Shown one piece after another: positions 1 to 12,376 of a stretch of DNA of 64,000 bases. Where the stretch lies: assembly GCF_030013595.1 (NCBI RefSeq), contig NZ_CP122768.1, one strand, 5' to 3'. Below the pieces are notes generated by a model, which was given only the letters and a program-made list of their open reading frames with translations, had not been told where the DNA came from and did no database searches. Origin of the DNA: Escherichia coli (GTDB lineage Bacteria; Pseudomonadota; Gammaproteobacteria; Enterobacterales; Enterobacteriaceae). Numbering within the stretch: position 1 is the stretch's first letter; each line of letters begins with the position of its first letter. Both the position numbers and the translations under genes were made by a program.

Positions 1-200
1 CACCATTCATCATCTGATTTATCTTTGATCGTCGCCAGTTCCGCAACAATATCTGGAGATCTTCACTGATATTTATATCAACCTTGATGAATTATGAATA
101 TATCGGAAATCGAAAAAATCCCAGCAAAGGAAATATTATTATGGGTTAAAGAGAGGACATTTCAGAAAAATGCCCTCCCGTTCAAGGGGAAGGCGAGGAA

Positions 201-485
201 TTACAGATAGCGGCACAGATAAGAGGTGGGTTCGGCAACTTGCAGATGAAACTCGCTGTGACCGGGAACATTAAACACCGAACCGGCTTCATACACTTGC
301 CAGTCGGTCGCGTCAGGCAGTAACACATTCAGCGCACCACTGATTACCGTCATCTCTTCAGGCTCAGCGGTGCTGAAGGTGTATTCACCTTCAACCATAA
401 CACCCACGCTGGCGCGACCAGTGCTGCTGCTGGAAAAGCCGATCGATTTCACTTTGCCTGAAAAGTACTCATTACTTTGAAGCAT
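201..485 (-). CDS. ppnP: pyrimidine/purine nucleoside phosphorylase PpnP (YaiE)
   Basis: 94-aa [20 protein letters not shown]... matches the YaiE/PpnP family; position upstream of aroM fits known synteny. Confidence 0.9.
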
Positions 486-556
486 AAACTGGCCCTGTCT
501 GGTAGTTGAACATCTACTTCACTATAGGGGCCAGAGGCGCTGGCTGTCACGCAAAA

Positions 557-1234
557 TTACACCAGTAATTCCGCAGCCAGCCGTGCAATCAATACGTTAG
601 AGAGCAAGACAGGAACATCGAGCTGTTTTTGCAGTAAATCGCGATGACGTTGGTGAAATCCTAAACAATCCAGCATGATGACATCAGCCCCTTTTGCCAG
701 TAATTCTTTCCCGGCATCAATGATTTTTTGTTCTGAATCATGAATGGGGTTACCCAATGAAAATACCGGCGATTTCTGCAAAATTTGCCATTTTTGCGTC
801 TGAACGGGCAGCATCTCCTCAACCGGAACGATAACCCCCACCTGATGATCTTCAACAATAGAAGAAACCAGCGGAGGCAATATTCGCGACGGCTCAAGAA
901 AGATCGTATTACGCGCAGTCATACTACTAATGTTTGCTGTACTCATTAATAAAATGACGTCATAACCCTGATTATCGAGCACTTCAACCACACCTTGCAG
1001 GTCTCGTTCCACTTTACGACGCGAAACATGGGCCAGCTGGTTGTCATTTAATAATGTGAGAATTGTGTCTTCGCCTGCTTCTGGCGCGTACTCCGCCATC
1101 ACTTCTTCGCGGCTTAACTTCCCCAGCAGGCTATGATGGGAAATATTATCTTCGTCAATGTATTCTGTCAGGAGCGGCAAAACTTCCTGCATAGGTACAA
1201 TGCCGATGGTCAGGATCGCCAACGACGCACTCAT
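557..1234 (-). CDS. aroM: AroM family protein
   Basis: 225-aa ORF; last gene of the aroL-yaiA-aroM arrangement. Confidence 0.9.
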   Translation of the reverse strand: MSASLAILTIGIVPMQEVLPLLTEYIDEDNISHHSLLGKLSREEVMAEYAPEAGEDTILTLLNDNQLAHVSRRKVERDLQGVVEVLDNQGYDVILLMSTANISSMTARNTIFLEPSRILPPLVSSIVEDHQVGVIVPVEEMLPVQTQKWQILQKSPVFSLGNPIHDSEQKIIDAGKELLAKGADVIMLDCLGFHQRHRDLLQKQLDVPVLLSNVLIARLAAELLV

Positions 1235-1491
1235 TGTTCTTCCACCTTACTTTTATTTCGTCGTTAATTACCGGGCAAGCGCTAAGCACCACTGCTGACA
1301 CTTACCTGTGCTACAAATGACAAAAAGCGTAGCAGCAGACCTGCACGGCATAATGTAAAGATTCCAAATGATTCCAGTAATGGATTGTTATTGTTTAATA
1401 TTCTAATTATTTGAAAAACATGAATTGTGAAAAATGTGACGCAGATCCCTTGTGGTGGCACTCAGAATCCCTTCCGAGCAGTCTGATGCGG

Positions 1492-1692
<201 letters not shown>

Positions 1693-1732
1693 TTATTTCA
1701 CGGGATGAACGTTAAGTATAGGCGCTCGAAAA

Positions 1733-2257
1733 TCAACAATTGATCGTCTGTGCCAGGGCGCTACGAATTTCAGAAATCACCTGGCTGGGTTCGTTTGTTG
1801 CGTCGATGATAATATGCGCAACTTCGCGATAAAGCGCATCGCGTTCTTCCAGCACTTCCTGAACTTCTTCGCTCAGCGGTTTCCCCGTTAAGGTTGGCCG
1901 TAAATCTTCTTCCGGTGCAGCTTGCAGTCGGTTAACCAGGACTGATACTGGCGCACACAAATAAACCACGATCCCGTTATTTTGCATAAAGTGACGATTA
2001 AATTCCGTCAGAATAATGCCGCCGCCCGTAGCGATAACGGTGGATGGCGCAGTTACCGCTTCCAGCGCCGCCGTTTCTCTGGCGCGGAATCCCGCCCACT
2101 CTTCCCTTTCGACGATCTCCGCGACCGTCATATTGAGCTGTGATTGCAACCACTGATCGGTATCAACAAACCGACGGTTAAGCGAATCGGCAAGGGCCAT
2201 TCCGACCGTTGTTTTACCACAGCCCCGAGGCCCGATCAGAAAAAGAGGTTGTGTCAT
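1733..2257 (-). CDS. aroL: shikimate kinase II
   Basis: 174-aa ORF with Walker [10 protein letters not shown]; shikimate kinase family. Confidence 0.95.
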
Positions 2258-2319
2258 CGTGGGTTTTCCCCAATAGGTCGCAATGCGGCGAAAGCCGGTG
2301 TCATTAGAATAGCGATCAT

Positions 2320-2440
2320 ACCATCAAACTAGTACAATTTCGATTGTAAAGAAAAAATTCCACTTAAAGTGAAAATCTCAATACATCCCTTACTATACCA
2401 ATAAATATTCAAGAATGAAGTGTAAATAATAAATTACATT
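2320..2440 (-). promoter_or_regulatory. aroL control region with TyrR-box-like TGTAAATAATAAATTACA (about 2421-2438) and a TrpR-like ACTAGTAC half-site (about 2329-2336)
   Basis: Motifs read directly upstream of the aroL start; matches TGTAAA-N6-TTTACA consensus with one mismatch. Confidence 0.45.
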
Positions 2441-2898
2441 TAGCCACGACTACGTTGCACTTCCAGCCACCACTTCTCCAGCTCCGCGGCAAAGGCCTGG
2501 CGGTCACGTTGTGAAAGGCTATCTGGTCCGCCGGTCTGGATCCCACTGGCACGTAAGGTATCCATAAAATCGCGCATCGTCAGGCGCTCACGAATGGTCG
2601 CTGGCGTGTAACGTTCGCCGCGCGGATTAAGCGCCGCAGCGCCTTTCTCGATGGCTTCAGCAGCCAAAGGTATATCTGCGGTGATCACCAAATCGCCCGC
2701 TTCACACTGCCGGACAATTTCGTTATCGGCAACGTCGAAACCTGCCGCGACGCGCAGCGTACGAATAAATCGCGATGGCGGCACGCGTAAACTCTGGTTT
2801 GCTACCAGTACCAGCGGCATCTGCATACGCTCAGCCGCGCGATACAAAATCTCTTTAATTACATTGGGACACGCGTCGGCATCCACCCAAATTGTCAT
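2440..2898 (-). CDS. yaiI: DUF188 protein YaiI
   Basis: ORF track gives 192 aa; start placed at the internal Met ([13 protein letters not shown]...) to give the 152-aa YaiI length. Confidence 0.8.
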   Translation of the reverse strand: MTIWVDADACPNVIKEILYRAAERMQMPLVLVANQSLRVPPSRFIRTLRVAAGFDVADNEIVRQCEAGDLVITADIPLAAEAIEKGAAALNPRGERYTPATIRERLTMRDFMDTLRASGIQTGGPDSLSQRDRQAFAAELEKWWLEVQRSRG

Positions 2899-3017
2899 AA
2901 AGTCATCCTTTGTTGGGTAATCCTCTATTGTGTCGCGCTTTTGCCTTCCGGCATAGTTCTGTTTATGCTTCTGCCAGCGATTATCAAAACAATGAATTTC
3001 ACGGCAGGAGTGAGGCA

Positions 3018-3827
3018 ATGGAAAAGAAAATCGGTTTTATTGGCTGCGGCAATATGGGAAAAGCCATTCTCGGCGGTCTGATTGCCAGCGGTCAGGTGCT
3101 TCCAGGGCAAATCTGGGTATATACCCCCTCCCCGGATAAAGTCGCCGCCCTGCATGACCAGTTCGGCATCAACGCCGCAGAATCGGCGCAAGAAGTGGCG
3201 CAAATCGCCGACATCATTTTTGCCGCCGTTAAACCAGGCATCATGATTAAAGTGCTTAGCGAAATCACCTCCAGCCTGAATAAAGACTCTCTGGTCGTTT
3301 CTATTGCAGCAGGTGTCACACTCGACCAGCTTGCCCGTGCGCTGGGCCATGACCGGAAAATTATCCGCGCCATGCCGAACACTCCCGCGCTGGTTAATGC
3401 CGGGATGACCTCCGTAACGCCAAACGCGCTGGTAACCCCAGAAGATACCGCTGATGTGCTGAATATTTTCCGCTGCTTCGGCGAAGCGGAAGTAATTGCT
3501 GAGCCGATGATCCACCCGGTGGTCGGTGTGAGCGGTTCTTCCCCAGCCTACGTCTTTATGTTTATCGAAGCGATGGCCGACGCCGCCGTGCTGGGCGGGA
3601 TGCCACGCGCCCAGGCGTATAAATTTGCCGCTCAGGCGGTAATGGGTTCCGCAAAAATGGTGCTGGAAACGGGAGAACATCCGGGGGCACTGAAAGATAT
3701 GGTCTGCTCACCGGGAGGCACCACCATTGAGGCGGTACGCGTACTGGAAGAGAAAGGCTTCCGTGCCGCAGTGATCGAAGCGATGACGAAGTGTATGGAA
3801 AAATCAGAAAAACTCAGCAAATCCTGA
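3018..3827 (+). CDS. proC: pyrroline-5-carboxylate reductase
   Basis: Start at [16 protein letters not shown] (Rossmann GxGxxG), 269 aa; ORF track begins 36 codons upstream. Confidence 0.95.
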   Translation: MEKKIGFIGCGNMGKAILGGLIASGQVLPGQIWVYTPSPDKVAALHDQFGINAAESAQEVAQIADIIFAAVKPGIMIKVLSEITSSLNKDSLVVSIAAGVTLDQLARALGHDRKIIRAMPNTPALVNAGMTSVTPNALVTPEDTADVLNIFRCFGEAEVIAEPMIHPVVGVSGSSPAYVFMFIEAMADAAVLGGMPRAQAYKFAAQAVMGSAKMVLETGEHPGALKDMVCSPGGTTIEAVRVLEEKGFRAAVIEAMTKCMEKSEKLSKS

Positions 3828-3843
3828 TGATTTTTGCCGGACG

Positions 3844-4959
3844 TCAGGCCGCCACTTCGGTGCGGTTACGTCCGGCTTTCTTTGCTTTGTAGAGCGCCAA
3901 ATCTGCCGATTTCAACCACTCGCGATAGTGACTCATTTGTGGATTCAGCGGCGCAACCCCCACACTAATCCGTAATGTTACCTGTGGCGTATTCGGCAAA
4001 CGTAACGTGTTTAGCCCTTCATGCACCCGTAACATGGCGGTAATGGCGCTCTCAGCTGGTGTACCGGACATGATTACCGCAAACTCATCGCCGCCAAACC
4101 GACCAATCACATCGCTACCGCGCAGGGTTATTTGTAACTGTCGGGTAAGCGCCACAATCGCTTCATCGCCTACATCATGGCCCCAGGTATCGTTGATGCT
4201 CTTGAAATGGTCGATATCGATAATCAGTAATGTCGCATCGCGGTTATGCCGCCGACAGTTATCAAATTCATTGCGTAACATAGTTTCCCAATGACGTCGG
4301 TTATACACGCCCGTCATACCGTCGCGGGTACTCATGACCTGCAACCTGCGTTTATGTTCCGCCAGTTTAGTCGCCGTCTGGTAGCTGACCCAGCCAAACA
4401 GCAGAGGATAAATGACGATAATGGGAAGGGAGAGCCACCATTCCAGCGGCGCACTATTGAACGACACGGTGATGCCCGTCAGTTCGAGGGTGACAAGACA
4501 GGAAACCACCATCAACACCAGACCCGCGACAAACAGACGGGGGCCGCCTGCCCCCATCAAATTCAGACACATAATCATCAACATCGCGGTGGAAGGCAGC
4601 ACGTTTACGCCCATTACGCCTACCCACATTCCCGCTAATACTGCATCAGTTTTTAAGTTGTAAATTTCCCGGCTAAGCGGATCGACGGCCCTGCTCGCTA
4701 TCTGCCAGGCTAAATGCGGCCAGACGAACGCCCAGCCGACCAACACCAGCCACCACCAGCCCGGCGGCGGGTGCGAAACCAGCGTTGAAGCAATCGGTAA
4801 GAACATGCCAGCCAGGCCAACCGCGCGGGGTAGTCTGACGCGACGGGCGAAGCGCAGCCCGGATCGCTGATGTTCGTTTTGAGGAGTTAAAGGAGGTTCC
4901 TCCCCATGCGCCGCCGCTTTTTTGAAAAAGTTTTCATCATTCATTATTTTTGGGAACAT
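3844..4959 (-). CDS. dgcC: diguanylate cyclase (GGDEF domain, membrane-anchored), AdrA/YaiC/DgcC
   Basis: 371-aa ORF with hydrophobic N-terminal half and RFGGDEF active-site motif. Confidence 0.9.
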   Translation of the reverse strand: MFPKIMNDENFFKKAAAHGEEPPLTPQNEHQRSGLRFARRVRLPRAVGLAGMFLPIASTLVSHPPPGWWWLVLVGWAFVWPHLAWQIASRAVDPLSREIYNLKTDAVLAGMWVGVMGVNVLPSTAMLMIMCLNLMGAGGPRLFVAGLVLMVVSCLVTLELTGITVSFNSAPLEWWLSLPIIVIYPLLFGWVSYQTATKLAEHKRRLQVMSTRDGMTGVYNRRHWETMLRNEFDNCRRHNRDATLLIIDIDHFKSINDTWGHDVGDEAIVALTRQLQITLRGSDVIGRFGGDEFAVIMSGTPAESAITAMLRVHEGLNTLRLPNTPQVTLRISVGVAPLNPQMSHYREWLKSADLALYKAKKAGRNRTEVAA

Positions 4960-5060
4960 TCAGAAACAATTTTCCCAAATTATAGAGACGGGGCTAAAGG
5001 CAGAAGTATGAAATTTCGGGTGAGCCATTTTCGTAGCTCACCCGTTAGCACTATCAGGTA

Positions 5061-5381
5061 TCAGGCGGCTTTCTTGAGGCAGGCGCTCATAAACTTATTA
5101 CGATCATCACCTTTCAGAGATTGTTGCGTTGCTTGATTATTACATTCGCGCATCTTTTGCTGCTGTGGCGTCAAACTTTTTTCACCAGGCGCAGACTTGC
5201 TGTTCTTCAGGCAATCACTCATGTAGGTCTTACGAGCATCCCCTTTCAACGCCTGCGCCGTCGCCTGCTGATTACAGGAGGTCATACGCTGTTGTTGCGG
5301 GGTTAAGGTTCTCTCGGCAGCGCCGACGGTGGTTAAAAAAACCAGTCCGAAAAGCAAGGTAACCAGTAATGTTATTTTCAT
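5061..5381 (-). CDS. psiF: phosphate starvation-inducible protein PsiF
   Basis: Signal peptide MKITLLVTLLFGLVFLTTVGA plus duplicated KxxxxxxC repeats; start at second Met gives 106 aa. Confidence 0.85.
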   Translation of the reverse strand: MKITLLVTLLFGLVFLTTVGAAERTLTPQQQRMTSCNQQATAQALKGDARKTYMSDCLKNSKSAPGEKSLTPQQQKMRECNNQATQQSLKGDDRNKFMSACLKKAA

Positions 5382-5499
5382 AGCACCATCCCTCTTCATG
5401 TTTTAACCATGAGCGTTTGCGCCCGTGATCTGCCATTAAGTCTGGTTGCTAACAGCAAAAAAACCACCCGACAGCGAAAATTCACCGCCGGGCGCGGTT

Positions 5500-6915
5500 T
5501 TATTTCAGCCCCAGGGCGGCTTTCATGGTGTAGAAGAGATCGGTCTGGTCGGTCAGTCCAACGACATTGGCGGCATGTGGGCCATACGCTGCAATACGCA
5601 ACTGACTGCCGGTATGTTCTTGTGAATCCTCTTCGGAGTTCCCGTAACTCATCACCATCACTGCGCCATCTTTGGTATTTAGCGCCTGGGTGAGGCCCGG
5701 CGCTTTGGTGTCCGGCGCGACAATCTGGCTGGCGTGGGCGTGATCAGCGGTGACTATGACCAGCGTGTTGCCATCCTTTTTAGCGAATTCCAGCGCCCGT
5801 TGTACGGCTTCGTCGAGATCGACCGTCTCGCCAATTTGCCCACAAGGATTCGCAGCGTGATCCTGTTTATCGATTGATGCACCTTCAACTTGCAGGAAAA
5901 AGCCTTTCTCATTTTTACTCAACAATTCAATGGCTTTGTCGGTCATCTGCGCCAGGGTCGGTACGCTGTCATTACGTTGCGGATTAGGCGTACAGGTAAC
6001 TGCGGGCTTGTCGATATTGCCGTGGTACGTTGCTTTCGGTCCTTGCCAGCGCACTGGCATATTGCCGTCAGCAAACAGTCCTAGCAGGGGTTTTTGCTGG
6101 TTCGCTTCCGTCACCGCATTCAGTGAGGCAGCATCGCTCACCAACTGATAACCACGCGCCTGTGCCTGTTCACGCAGCGTTTTTCCCTGCCATTCACCGG
6201 CGGTTACCGTTTCAGCAAAGGTTTTTGCTCCGCCGCCAAGCGTAACATCGGCACGAGCGTTAAGCAGTTGTTCGGTAATCGATCCTCTCCCGCCTTTTTC
6301 TAGCGCGTTACCCGGACATTTTTCACTGGTCGCGCTGGGACCGTAGCATTTGCGCGAGGTCACATGCGCCACCAGCGCAGCGGGCGTGGCATCCTGCAAC
6401 TCTGCGGTAGAAACGTTACCGGTCGCCAGACCTGCGGCTTTTGCCATTTCCAGAATCGTTGGGTGATCTTTTTCGTGAATATCGACGCCCAGCGCGCCGT
6501 TATAGGTTTTGACACCAGTTGACCAGGCGGTTGCTGATGCAGCCGAGTCGGTGACGTAGTCCGGTTTACCGGTTTTTTTATTCAGCGCATAGTGAGTGTA
6601 TTGCCCGGTAAGCGGTAATGCATCGATACCTTTAAAAAAGCCGCCCGCACCTTCGGCATAATTGCGTGCAGCAGTAATTTCCGAGTCCCCCATCCCATCG
6701 CCAATCAGCAAAATAATATTTTTGGCGGGTTTATCGCTAAGAGAATCACGCAGAGCGGCGGTCTGATCACCCGTTAAGCGGCGAGCACCGCCGGGTGCAG
6801 TAATATCTCCCTGAGCAGCCCGGTTTTCCAGAACAGGCATTTCTGGTGTCCGGGCTTTTGTCACAGGGGTAAACAGTAACGGTAAGAGTGCCAGTGCAAT
6901 AGTGCTTTGTTTCAC
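5500..6915 (-). CDS. phoA: alkaline phosphatase
   Basis: Begins (V)[20 protein letters not shown] signal peptide at a GTG codon, 471 aa; contains the [12 protein letters not shown] active-site region. Confidence 0.95.
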   Translation of the reverse strand: MKQSTIALALLPLLFTPVTKARTPEMPVLENRAAQGDITAPGGARRLTGDQTAALRDSLSDKPAKNIILLIGDGMGDSEITAARNYAEGAGGFFKGIDALPLTGQYTHYALNKKTGKPDYVTDSAASATAWSTGVKTYNGALGVDIHEKDHPTILEMAKAAGLATGNVSTAELQDATPAALVAHVTSRKCYGPSATSEKCPGNALEKGGRGSITEQLLNARADVTLGGGAKTFAETVTAGEWQGKTLREQAQARGYQLVSDAASLNAVTEANQQKPLLGLFADGNMPVRWQGPKATYHGNIDKPAVTCTPNPQRNDSVPTLAQMTDKAIELLSKNEKGFFLQVEGASIDKQDHAANPCGQIGETVDLDEAVQRALEFAKKDGNTLVIVTADHAHASQIVAPDTKAPGLTQALNTKDGAVMVMSYGNSEEDSQEHTGSQLRIAAYGPHAANVVGLTDQTDLFYTMKAALGLK

Positions 6916-6977
6916 TTTATTTTCTCCATGTACAAATACATTAAAAAATAAAAACAAAGCGACTATAAGTCTGGGCC

Positions 6978-6995
6978 GTGACAGCTTTATGACAG
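6978..6995 (-). promoter_or_regulatory. Pho box (PhoB site) of the phoA promoter
   Basis: Minus-strand CTGTCATAAAGCTGTCAC about 65-80 bp upstream of the phoA start; matches Pho-box consensus. Confidence 0.7.
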
Positions 6996-7015
6996 CTGTT
7001 GAAAAGATTAACTTT

Positions 7016-7276
7016 TTACTGACGAGGATGCTTCAATAACTTCTTTACATAATTGCGCAGCAGCTCCGTATCGTCGTCAGGAATGCTGGCATCGGGCTTT
7101 ACCTCGTACAGCGCCCCCTCTACCTGATCAATCAACCTTTGTTGGTCATTTTGCGCCATATTGCGAAGCATTGCAGTGACGATAATCTCCAAAGCTTCTA
7201 CCTGCGCGCACAGTTCTTTCGACTCTTCTTCTTTTTGGGCAAGCTTAAATAACAACTCAGCAATGAGATTTTTCAT
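7016..7276 (-). CDS. iraP: anti-adaptor protein IraP
   Basis: 86-aa coiled-coil [33 protein letters not shown]... Confidence 0.9.
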   Translation of the reverse strand: MKNLIAELLFKLAQKEEESKELCAQVEALEIIVTAMLRNMAQNDQQRLIDQVEGALYEVKPDASIPDDDTELLRNYVKKLLKHPRQ

Positions 7277-7738
7277 GTCTGTATTTCCTTATCCAAAGTA
7301 TGGAGAAGTTAACATTATGTTTCACAACTTCATAGTGTCTGGAAGTATTATTTTTATGACAAAGGAAATACTTTGCGCAAATATTTTTTGTTTGATTACC
7401 AGCGAAACGTTTCTCTTATTTTAATAATTACCCACACAAAATATAGGCTTTTAATTATCAACCTTTATTATAAATAAAAGTTATGAAATATATTTTCTTC
7501 GTTAACTTATAATTAAGAGAAAAAAACTCACTGCATGGCCATACAAGCCAGGAATAAATTAGCTTCCCGTTCATCATTTTTGTGATCTTGCGCACATCAT
7601 TGAGATAACGCACTTTCTTCACCAGTACGTTGCACGCTTTGTCAGCAGAAGATTGCAACATTCTGTCAGAAGGCCGCGAATCCCCCGTTTTGTCGTGGTA
7701 ATGTATGCACTTTGTGTTAGACGGGATAGGTTTTTAAG

Positions 7739-8833
7739 ATGGAAAAACTGCGGGTAGGAATCGTTTTTGGTGGTAAATCAGCGGAACATGAAGTGTCTCT
7801 GCAATCGGCAAAAAACATTGTCGATGCCATTGATAAAAGTCGCTTCGACGTTGTGCTGCTGGGCATTGATAAACAAGGGCAATGGCACGTCAGCGATGCC
7901 AGCAATTATCTGCTAAATGCAGACGATCCTGCCCATATTGCGTTGCGCCCTTCGGCGACCAGCCTTGCGCAGGTGCCTGGTAAACATGAACATCAGCTTA
8001 TCGACGCGCAAAACGGTCAGCCGTTGCCGACGGTGGATGTCATTTTCCCGATTGTCCACGGTACGCTGGGCGAAGATGGTTCCTTGCAGGGAATGCTGCG
8101 GGTCGCCAATTTACCGTTTGTAGGTTCTGATGTTCTGGCTTCAGCGGCCTGTATGGATAAAGATGTCACCAAACGTCTGCTGCGCGATGCCGGGCTGAAC
8201 ATTGCGCCATTTATTACCCTGACGCGCGCTAATCGTCACAACATCAGTTTTGCCGAAGTGGAGTCTAAACTGGGGTTACCGCTGTTTGTAAAACCGGCTA
8301 ATCAGGGCTCTTCTGTTGGTGTCAGCAAAGTAACCAGTGAAGAACAGTACGCAATTGCCGTCGATCTGGCGTTCGAGTTCGACCATAAAGTGATCGTTGA
8401 GCAAGGGATCAAAGGTCGTGAGATCGAATGCGCAGTTCTGGGCAACGACAATCCGCAAGCCAGCACCTGTGGCGAGATCGTACTCACCAGCGATTTCTAT
8501 GCCTACGACACCAAGTACATTGACGAAGATGGCGCGAAAGTGGTTGTTCCGGCAGCCATTGCGCCAGAAATCAACGATAAGATCCGGGCGATTGCCGTTC
8601 AGGCCTATCAAACGTTGGGATGCGCAGGCATGGCGCGTGTAGACGTGTTTTTAACCCCAGAGAACGAAGTGGTGATCAACGAGATCAACACACTGCCTGG
8701 CTTCACCAACATCAGTATGTATCCGAAGCTGTGGCAAGCCAGCGGTCTGGGTTACACCGACCTGATCACCCGTTTGATTGAGCTGGCGCTGGAGCGTCAC
8801 GCTGCGGATAACGCATTGAAAACCACAATGTAG
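7739..8833 (+). CDS. ddlA: D-alanine--D-alanine ligase A
   Basis: 364-aa ORF, ATP-grasp Ddl family ([24 protein letters not shown]...). Confidence 0.95.
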   Translation: MEKLRVGIVFGGKSAEHEVSLQSAKNIVDAIDKSRFDVVLLGIDKQGQWHVSDASNYLLNADDPAHIALRPSATSLAQVPGKHEHQLIDAQNGQPLPTVDVIFPIVHGTLGEDGSLQGMLRVANLPFVGSDVLASAACMDKDVTKRLLRDAGLNIAPFITLTRANRHNISFAEVESKLGLPLFVKPANQGSSVGVSKVTSEEQYAIAVDLAFEFDHKVIVEQGIKGREIECAVLGNDNPQASTCGEIVLTSDFYAYDTKYIDEDGAKVVVPAAIAPEINDKIRAIAVQAYQTLGCAGMARVDVFLTPENEVVINEINTLPGFTNISMYPKLWQASGLGYTDLITRLIELALERHAADNALKTTM

Positions 8834-8859
8834 TAATATTCAAACGCCCGATAATATTC

Positions 8860-9072
8860 TTATTGGGCGTTTTCAGTTTCTTCATCGCGACGACGAATAA
8901 TCAGCCCCGCCAGCCAGAAACTAATCACCCACGTCACCAGACCGACGGCATAGGTCTGCCAACCTTTTGCTTCAAATCCCAGCAAACCCACCACGCCATT
9001 AAGAATGAATATAAGGCCAATGGCGAACGCATAGTAGTGCCAGTCACGGCGGATTTTTACAGGCAAGTTCAT
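8860..9072 (-). CDS. yaiZ: small inner-membrane protein YaiZ (DUF2754)
   Basis: 70-aa two-TM ORF from MNLPVKIRRDWHYY...; ORF track extends further upstream. Confidence 0.75.
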   Translation of the reverse strand: MNLPVKIRRDWHYYAFAIGLIFILNGVVGLLGFEAKGWQTYAVGLVTWVISFWLAGLIIRRRDEETENAQ

Positions 9073-9331
9073 GGCAGCTCCGTTAACGAAAAACAACATC
9101 CTTGCATATTCTGCAACATCCGTCTGTGGCGTAGACAACATTTCCGCAATTGTTAATAAATTTAACTTAAGGTTGTCATTTTGTGACTCACAACGAAGAT
9201 TCACGCTTCGGGAATATTCCCAACATCAATTTACCATGATTCTGATATTGACAATCTTAATGACCTGTCAGACTTGCCATAAGCCGCTGGTATCACACCA
9301 GAAGAGAAGCAAATGACTTCCGGAGGTTTTT

Positions 9332-9640
9332 ATGGCTGATTTCACCCTGTCAAAATCGCTGTTTAGCGGAAAATATCGCAATGCCTCTTCAACGCCTGGC
9401 AACATTGCCTATGCGTTGTTTGTGCTGTTTTGCTTTTGGGCTGGGGCGCAATTGCTGAACCTGTTAGTGCATGCGCCCGGCGTCTATGAGCGCTTAATGC
9501 AGGTCCAGGAAACAGGTCGCCCACGGGTGGAAATTGGTTTAGGTGTCGGCACCATTTTCGGGCTGATCCCGTTTTTAGTTGGCTGCCTCATTTTTGCAGT
9601 AGTGGCGCTATGGCTGCACTGGCGACATCGCCGCCAGTAA
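9332..9640 (+). CDS. yaiY: inner-membrane protein YaiY (DUF2755)
   Basis: 102-aa ORF with two hydrophobic segments. Confidence 0.8.
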
Positions 9641-9649
9641 GATTTACTT

Positions 9650-9680
9650 GCCAGATAGGACCTAAAACGCTTTATCTGGC
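9650..9680. terminator. stem-loop between convergent yaiY and yaiW (GCCAGATA...TATCTGGC)
   Basis: 8-bp inverted repeat read from sequence between the two stop codons. Confidence 0.5.
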
Positions 9681-9697
9681 ATGACATTCCTGTTTGA

Positions 9698-10792
9698 TCA
9701 CTGTTTCATACAACGCGCCCGCCGTTCGTCTACGCGCTTCGCAAACCAGGCCGTAGTCAGGTTGCGGGTGATTTTCGGGCTTTCCAGTTGAATGCCAGGC
9801 AACATTTCGCGGGGTAGTGATTTACCCGTTTTCGCTTCGGCAAGTTGATAAACTTTCTTGTACAGCGCCGTCTCCTCAAAAGAGAAGCTGTCCCCTTTCT
9901 CTAACTGGCGGCGAATTTCACTGTCACTCATCCCCAGTTTTCCCGCCAGTTTGCGCGTTGCCAGTTCGGTTTTCCCGGGCTCTTTACTGTCGTAACGAAT
10001 TAAATCACCGTCCAGTGCCAGCTTCACGCCGCTGGCTTTACTGACGGCGTTCTGAAACGCGGCATTACGGCTGGCGTACCAGCCAGCGTTAAAATCAGCA
10101 AAACGGTATATCGGCGCGCTATAGCTGGCGGGATAATTCAGTAAATGGTAAGTACCAAACCACAACCCGCCGCGACGACTGAAGACTTCCTGACGGACTG
10201 TACCGTCCATTTTCCACGGATACCCTTTGGTATGCTGTTCGGCAAAGGCAATGCTGACCTGCATCGGCCCACCGGTGCGCACCGGATTAAGCGAACCAAA
10301 CAACGTCTGCCCCATTGGCACCATGCTGATCAGATCGTCAAAAATCGCGCTCAATTGCTTTTCTGTACGCACCGAATCTAACCGTTCGCTATAGCTTTTG
10401 CCGTTTGGCGATTTGATTTTTAGCGCGGTATGCACCAGAAAAGCAGGAATGTGCATCCGTTCAGCACGACGGTCAATCTCTTGCCAGGCGATCTTGCTTA
10501 AGCCCGGAACGGCCGGATCTGCCTGATAATTTGACTCCTGCTGCGCCACCGCCAGCACCGAGCAGACGTTTTCCAGCGTCGGTGCCAGCCCCTGACTTTC
10601 AAACGTGGTGGCGAGATCTTTCGCCCAGGCATCGCGGTCTTTCACGCTCGCAGGCATCTTCTGCCGCACGACGCTCGCCACATCTATCGCTTTTTCGCCC
10701 TTTTTCAACGGTTGCGGAGCCTGACTACTACACCCCACTAAAACCAGAACCGCCAACAATGACAGCGAAGATAGATGATTGACGCGCGACAT
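9698..10792 (-). CDS. yaiW: lipoprotein YaiW (DUF1615)
   Basis: 364-aa ORF with lipobox LVLVGCSS; immediately downstream of sbmA on the same strand. Confidence 0.9.
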   Translation of the reverse strand: MSRVNHLSSLSLLAVLVLVGCSSQAPQPLKKGEKAIDVASVVRQKMPASVKDRDAWAKDLATTFESQGLAPTLENVCSVLAVAQQESNYQADPAVPGLSKIAWQEIDRRAERMHIPAFLVHTALKIKSPNGKSYSERLDSVRTEKQLSAIFDDLISMVPMGQTLFGSLNPVRTGGPMQVSIAFAEQHTKGYPWKMDGTVRQEVFSRRGGLWFGTYHLLNYPASYSAPIYRFADFNAGWYASRNAAFQNAVSKASGVKLALDGDLIRYDSKEPGKTELATRKLAGKLGMSDSEIRRQLEKGDSFSFEETALYKKVYQLAEAKTGKSLPREMLPGIQLESPKITRNLTTAWFAKRVDERRARCMKQ

Positions 10793-10804
10793 TACTTCTC
10801 CTTT

Positions 10805-12025
10805 TTAGCTCAAGGTATGGGTTACTTCCTGAATTTTGTCACCATCCAGCTCATGTTCAAAGCTGCGCAGACGTTTGTAGATAGACATCAACTCAACCAG
10901 TGTGGTCCATGAGTTAATCAGGTACTGGAAAGCTCCGCGAACCTGACCAAAAACGTTGGTAATCTGCGTCATCAGGCCGAGCGTAATCGTACCGGCAACA
11001 ATTGACGGAAACAGCAAGAACAAACCGAAAACGTTATCGACCTGCAAATAGAGAATGCGGGCGATGTTGAAATACATATAGTGAAAATAGAGGCGGAAAT
11101 AGTTTTTCCGTACGGCGCTAAACAGCTCGCGTACCGTAGGCGGCGTCGCGCGCGTGGCATCGTCTTCACCATAAACCAGCTCTTTACGGTAGGCAGCCTC
11201 TACTCGCTGGTTTTTAAACTCCAGCCCCGGCAGTTTGATCCCTACCACTGCAAGTAATCCGGTCCCCATCAGCGACCAGACGATAGCGGCAATCACCAGA
11301 CCATACGGAATGTGCCCGACAATCGGCAGCTCCGGCACATGCGCGGAGAGCGTTACCAGCACCGGCAGGAAGGCGATCAACGTCATGATAGCGTTGATAA
11401 AGCTGACGCCCATATTCTCCAGCGTTGAAGCAAAACGCATGGTGTCTTCCTGCACACGCTGTGCGGCACCTTCGATATGACGCAGTTGTTGCCAGTTCGC
11501 CATGTAATATTCGTTCATCGCCGTACGCCAGCGGAACACGTAGTGACTGACAAAGAAGTTGTTCAGCACACTGATCACCACCGCGATCAGCGCAATCCCC
11601 AGAAAGACGCCCACTTCGCGGTAAAATTGTTCGATGGTGACTTTATGCGGCGAACTTAGCGCGGTTTGAATCAGATCATAGAACGGCGCATACCAGGCGT
11701 TGACGGCGACCCCGACTTCCACCAAAAACCAGGTGACGAAGATGATCAGTGCAGTACCGAGTATTGACCAGTATTGCCAACGATGCGGGCTGTAGATAAA
11801 CCAGAACAATGCAAAAAGTCCTACACAAACAATGTAGTAAGCGTAAAAAATCAGAAAATCCAACGACCAGAAACGCGCGGCGCTAATCGGGATCTGCCCG
11901 GAAGCTCCGGTGATACGCGCCACCCAGTCACCCCCACCTGCTTGCCAGAAGATAACGGCAATCAATGCCCAAACAAAGGCCGAGAGAAAAAACGGTCCCG
12001 GCTTTGGGAAAAAAGACTTAAACAT
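10805..12025 (-). CDS. sbmA: peptide antibiotic/microcin uptake transporter SbmA
   Basis: 406 aa from [27 protein letters not shown]; multi-TM SbmA/BacA family. Confidence 0.95.
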   Translation of the reverse strand: MFKSFFPKPGPFFLSAFVWALIAVIFWQAGGGDWVARITGASGQIPISAARFWSLDFLIFYAYYIVCVGLFALFWFIYSPHRWQYWSILGTALIIFVTWFLVEVGVAVNAWYAPFYDLIQTALSSPHKVTIEQFYREVGVFLGIALIAVVISVLNNFFVSHYVFRWRTAMNEYYMANWQQLRHIEGAAQRVQEDTMRFASTLENMGVSFINAIMTLIAFLPVLVTLSAHVPELPIVGHIPYGLVIAAIVWSLMGTGLLAVVGIKLPGLEFKNQRVEAAYRKELVYGEDDATRATPPTVRELFSAVRKNYFRLYFHYMYFNIARILYLQVDNVFGLFLLFPSIVAGTITLGLMTQITNVFGQVRGAFQYLINSWTTLVELMSIYKRLRSFEHELDGDKIQEVTHTLS

Positions 12026-12376
12026 ATGCACTCCTGCTAACTTCTTATCGTTTTAACAACTGCTGTGTATTAACCGCATGACCGCTACAAAGCGTCAGCC
12101 AAATGAAACCGACCATTGTGACCCATAGCAAGGCGCTTAGTTCGCCAGCCTGAGCATAAGAATTGTTTCGACGGATTTCACAAACCAAAGATTGTTTACA
12201 TAAGCGGATTAACACGCGCAGGATCACAAATGCAGGCATTAGTGAGCAGGAAAAAGATCGTGTTTACGCGCCGTTACGTTTTTAACACTATTATTGCACT
12301 AATTCGCCCTTTGCAATCCATCAATGAGTAGTATAAATACGCTCAGTTACCTTCATTCAATCTATGGACACCACCG

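Noticed and set aside
2925..3680. 251-aa minus-strand ORF
   Set aside because: Antisense to proC, whose identity is unambiguous; His/Arg/Gly-rich composition typical of a reverse-frame artefact.
7277..7738. Small ORFs (7161..7424, 7458..7661, 7717..7905) in the iraP-ddlA spacer
   Set aside because: AT-rich divergent promoter region; the ORFs overlap each other and the ddlA start, with no family support.
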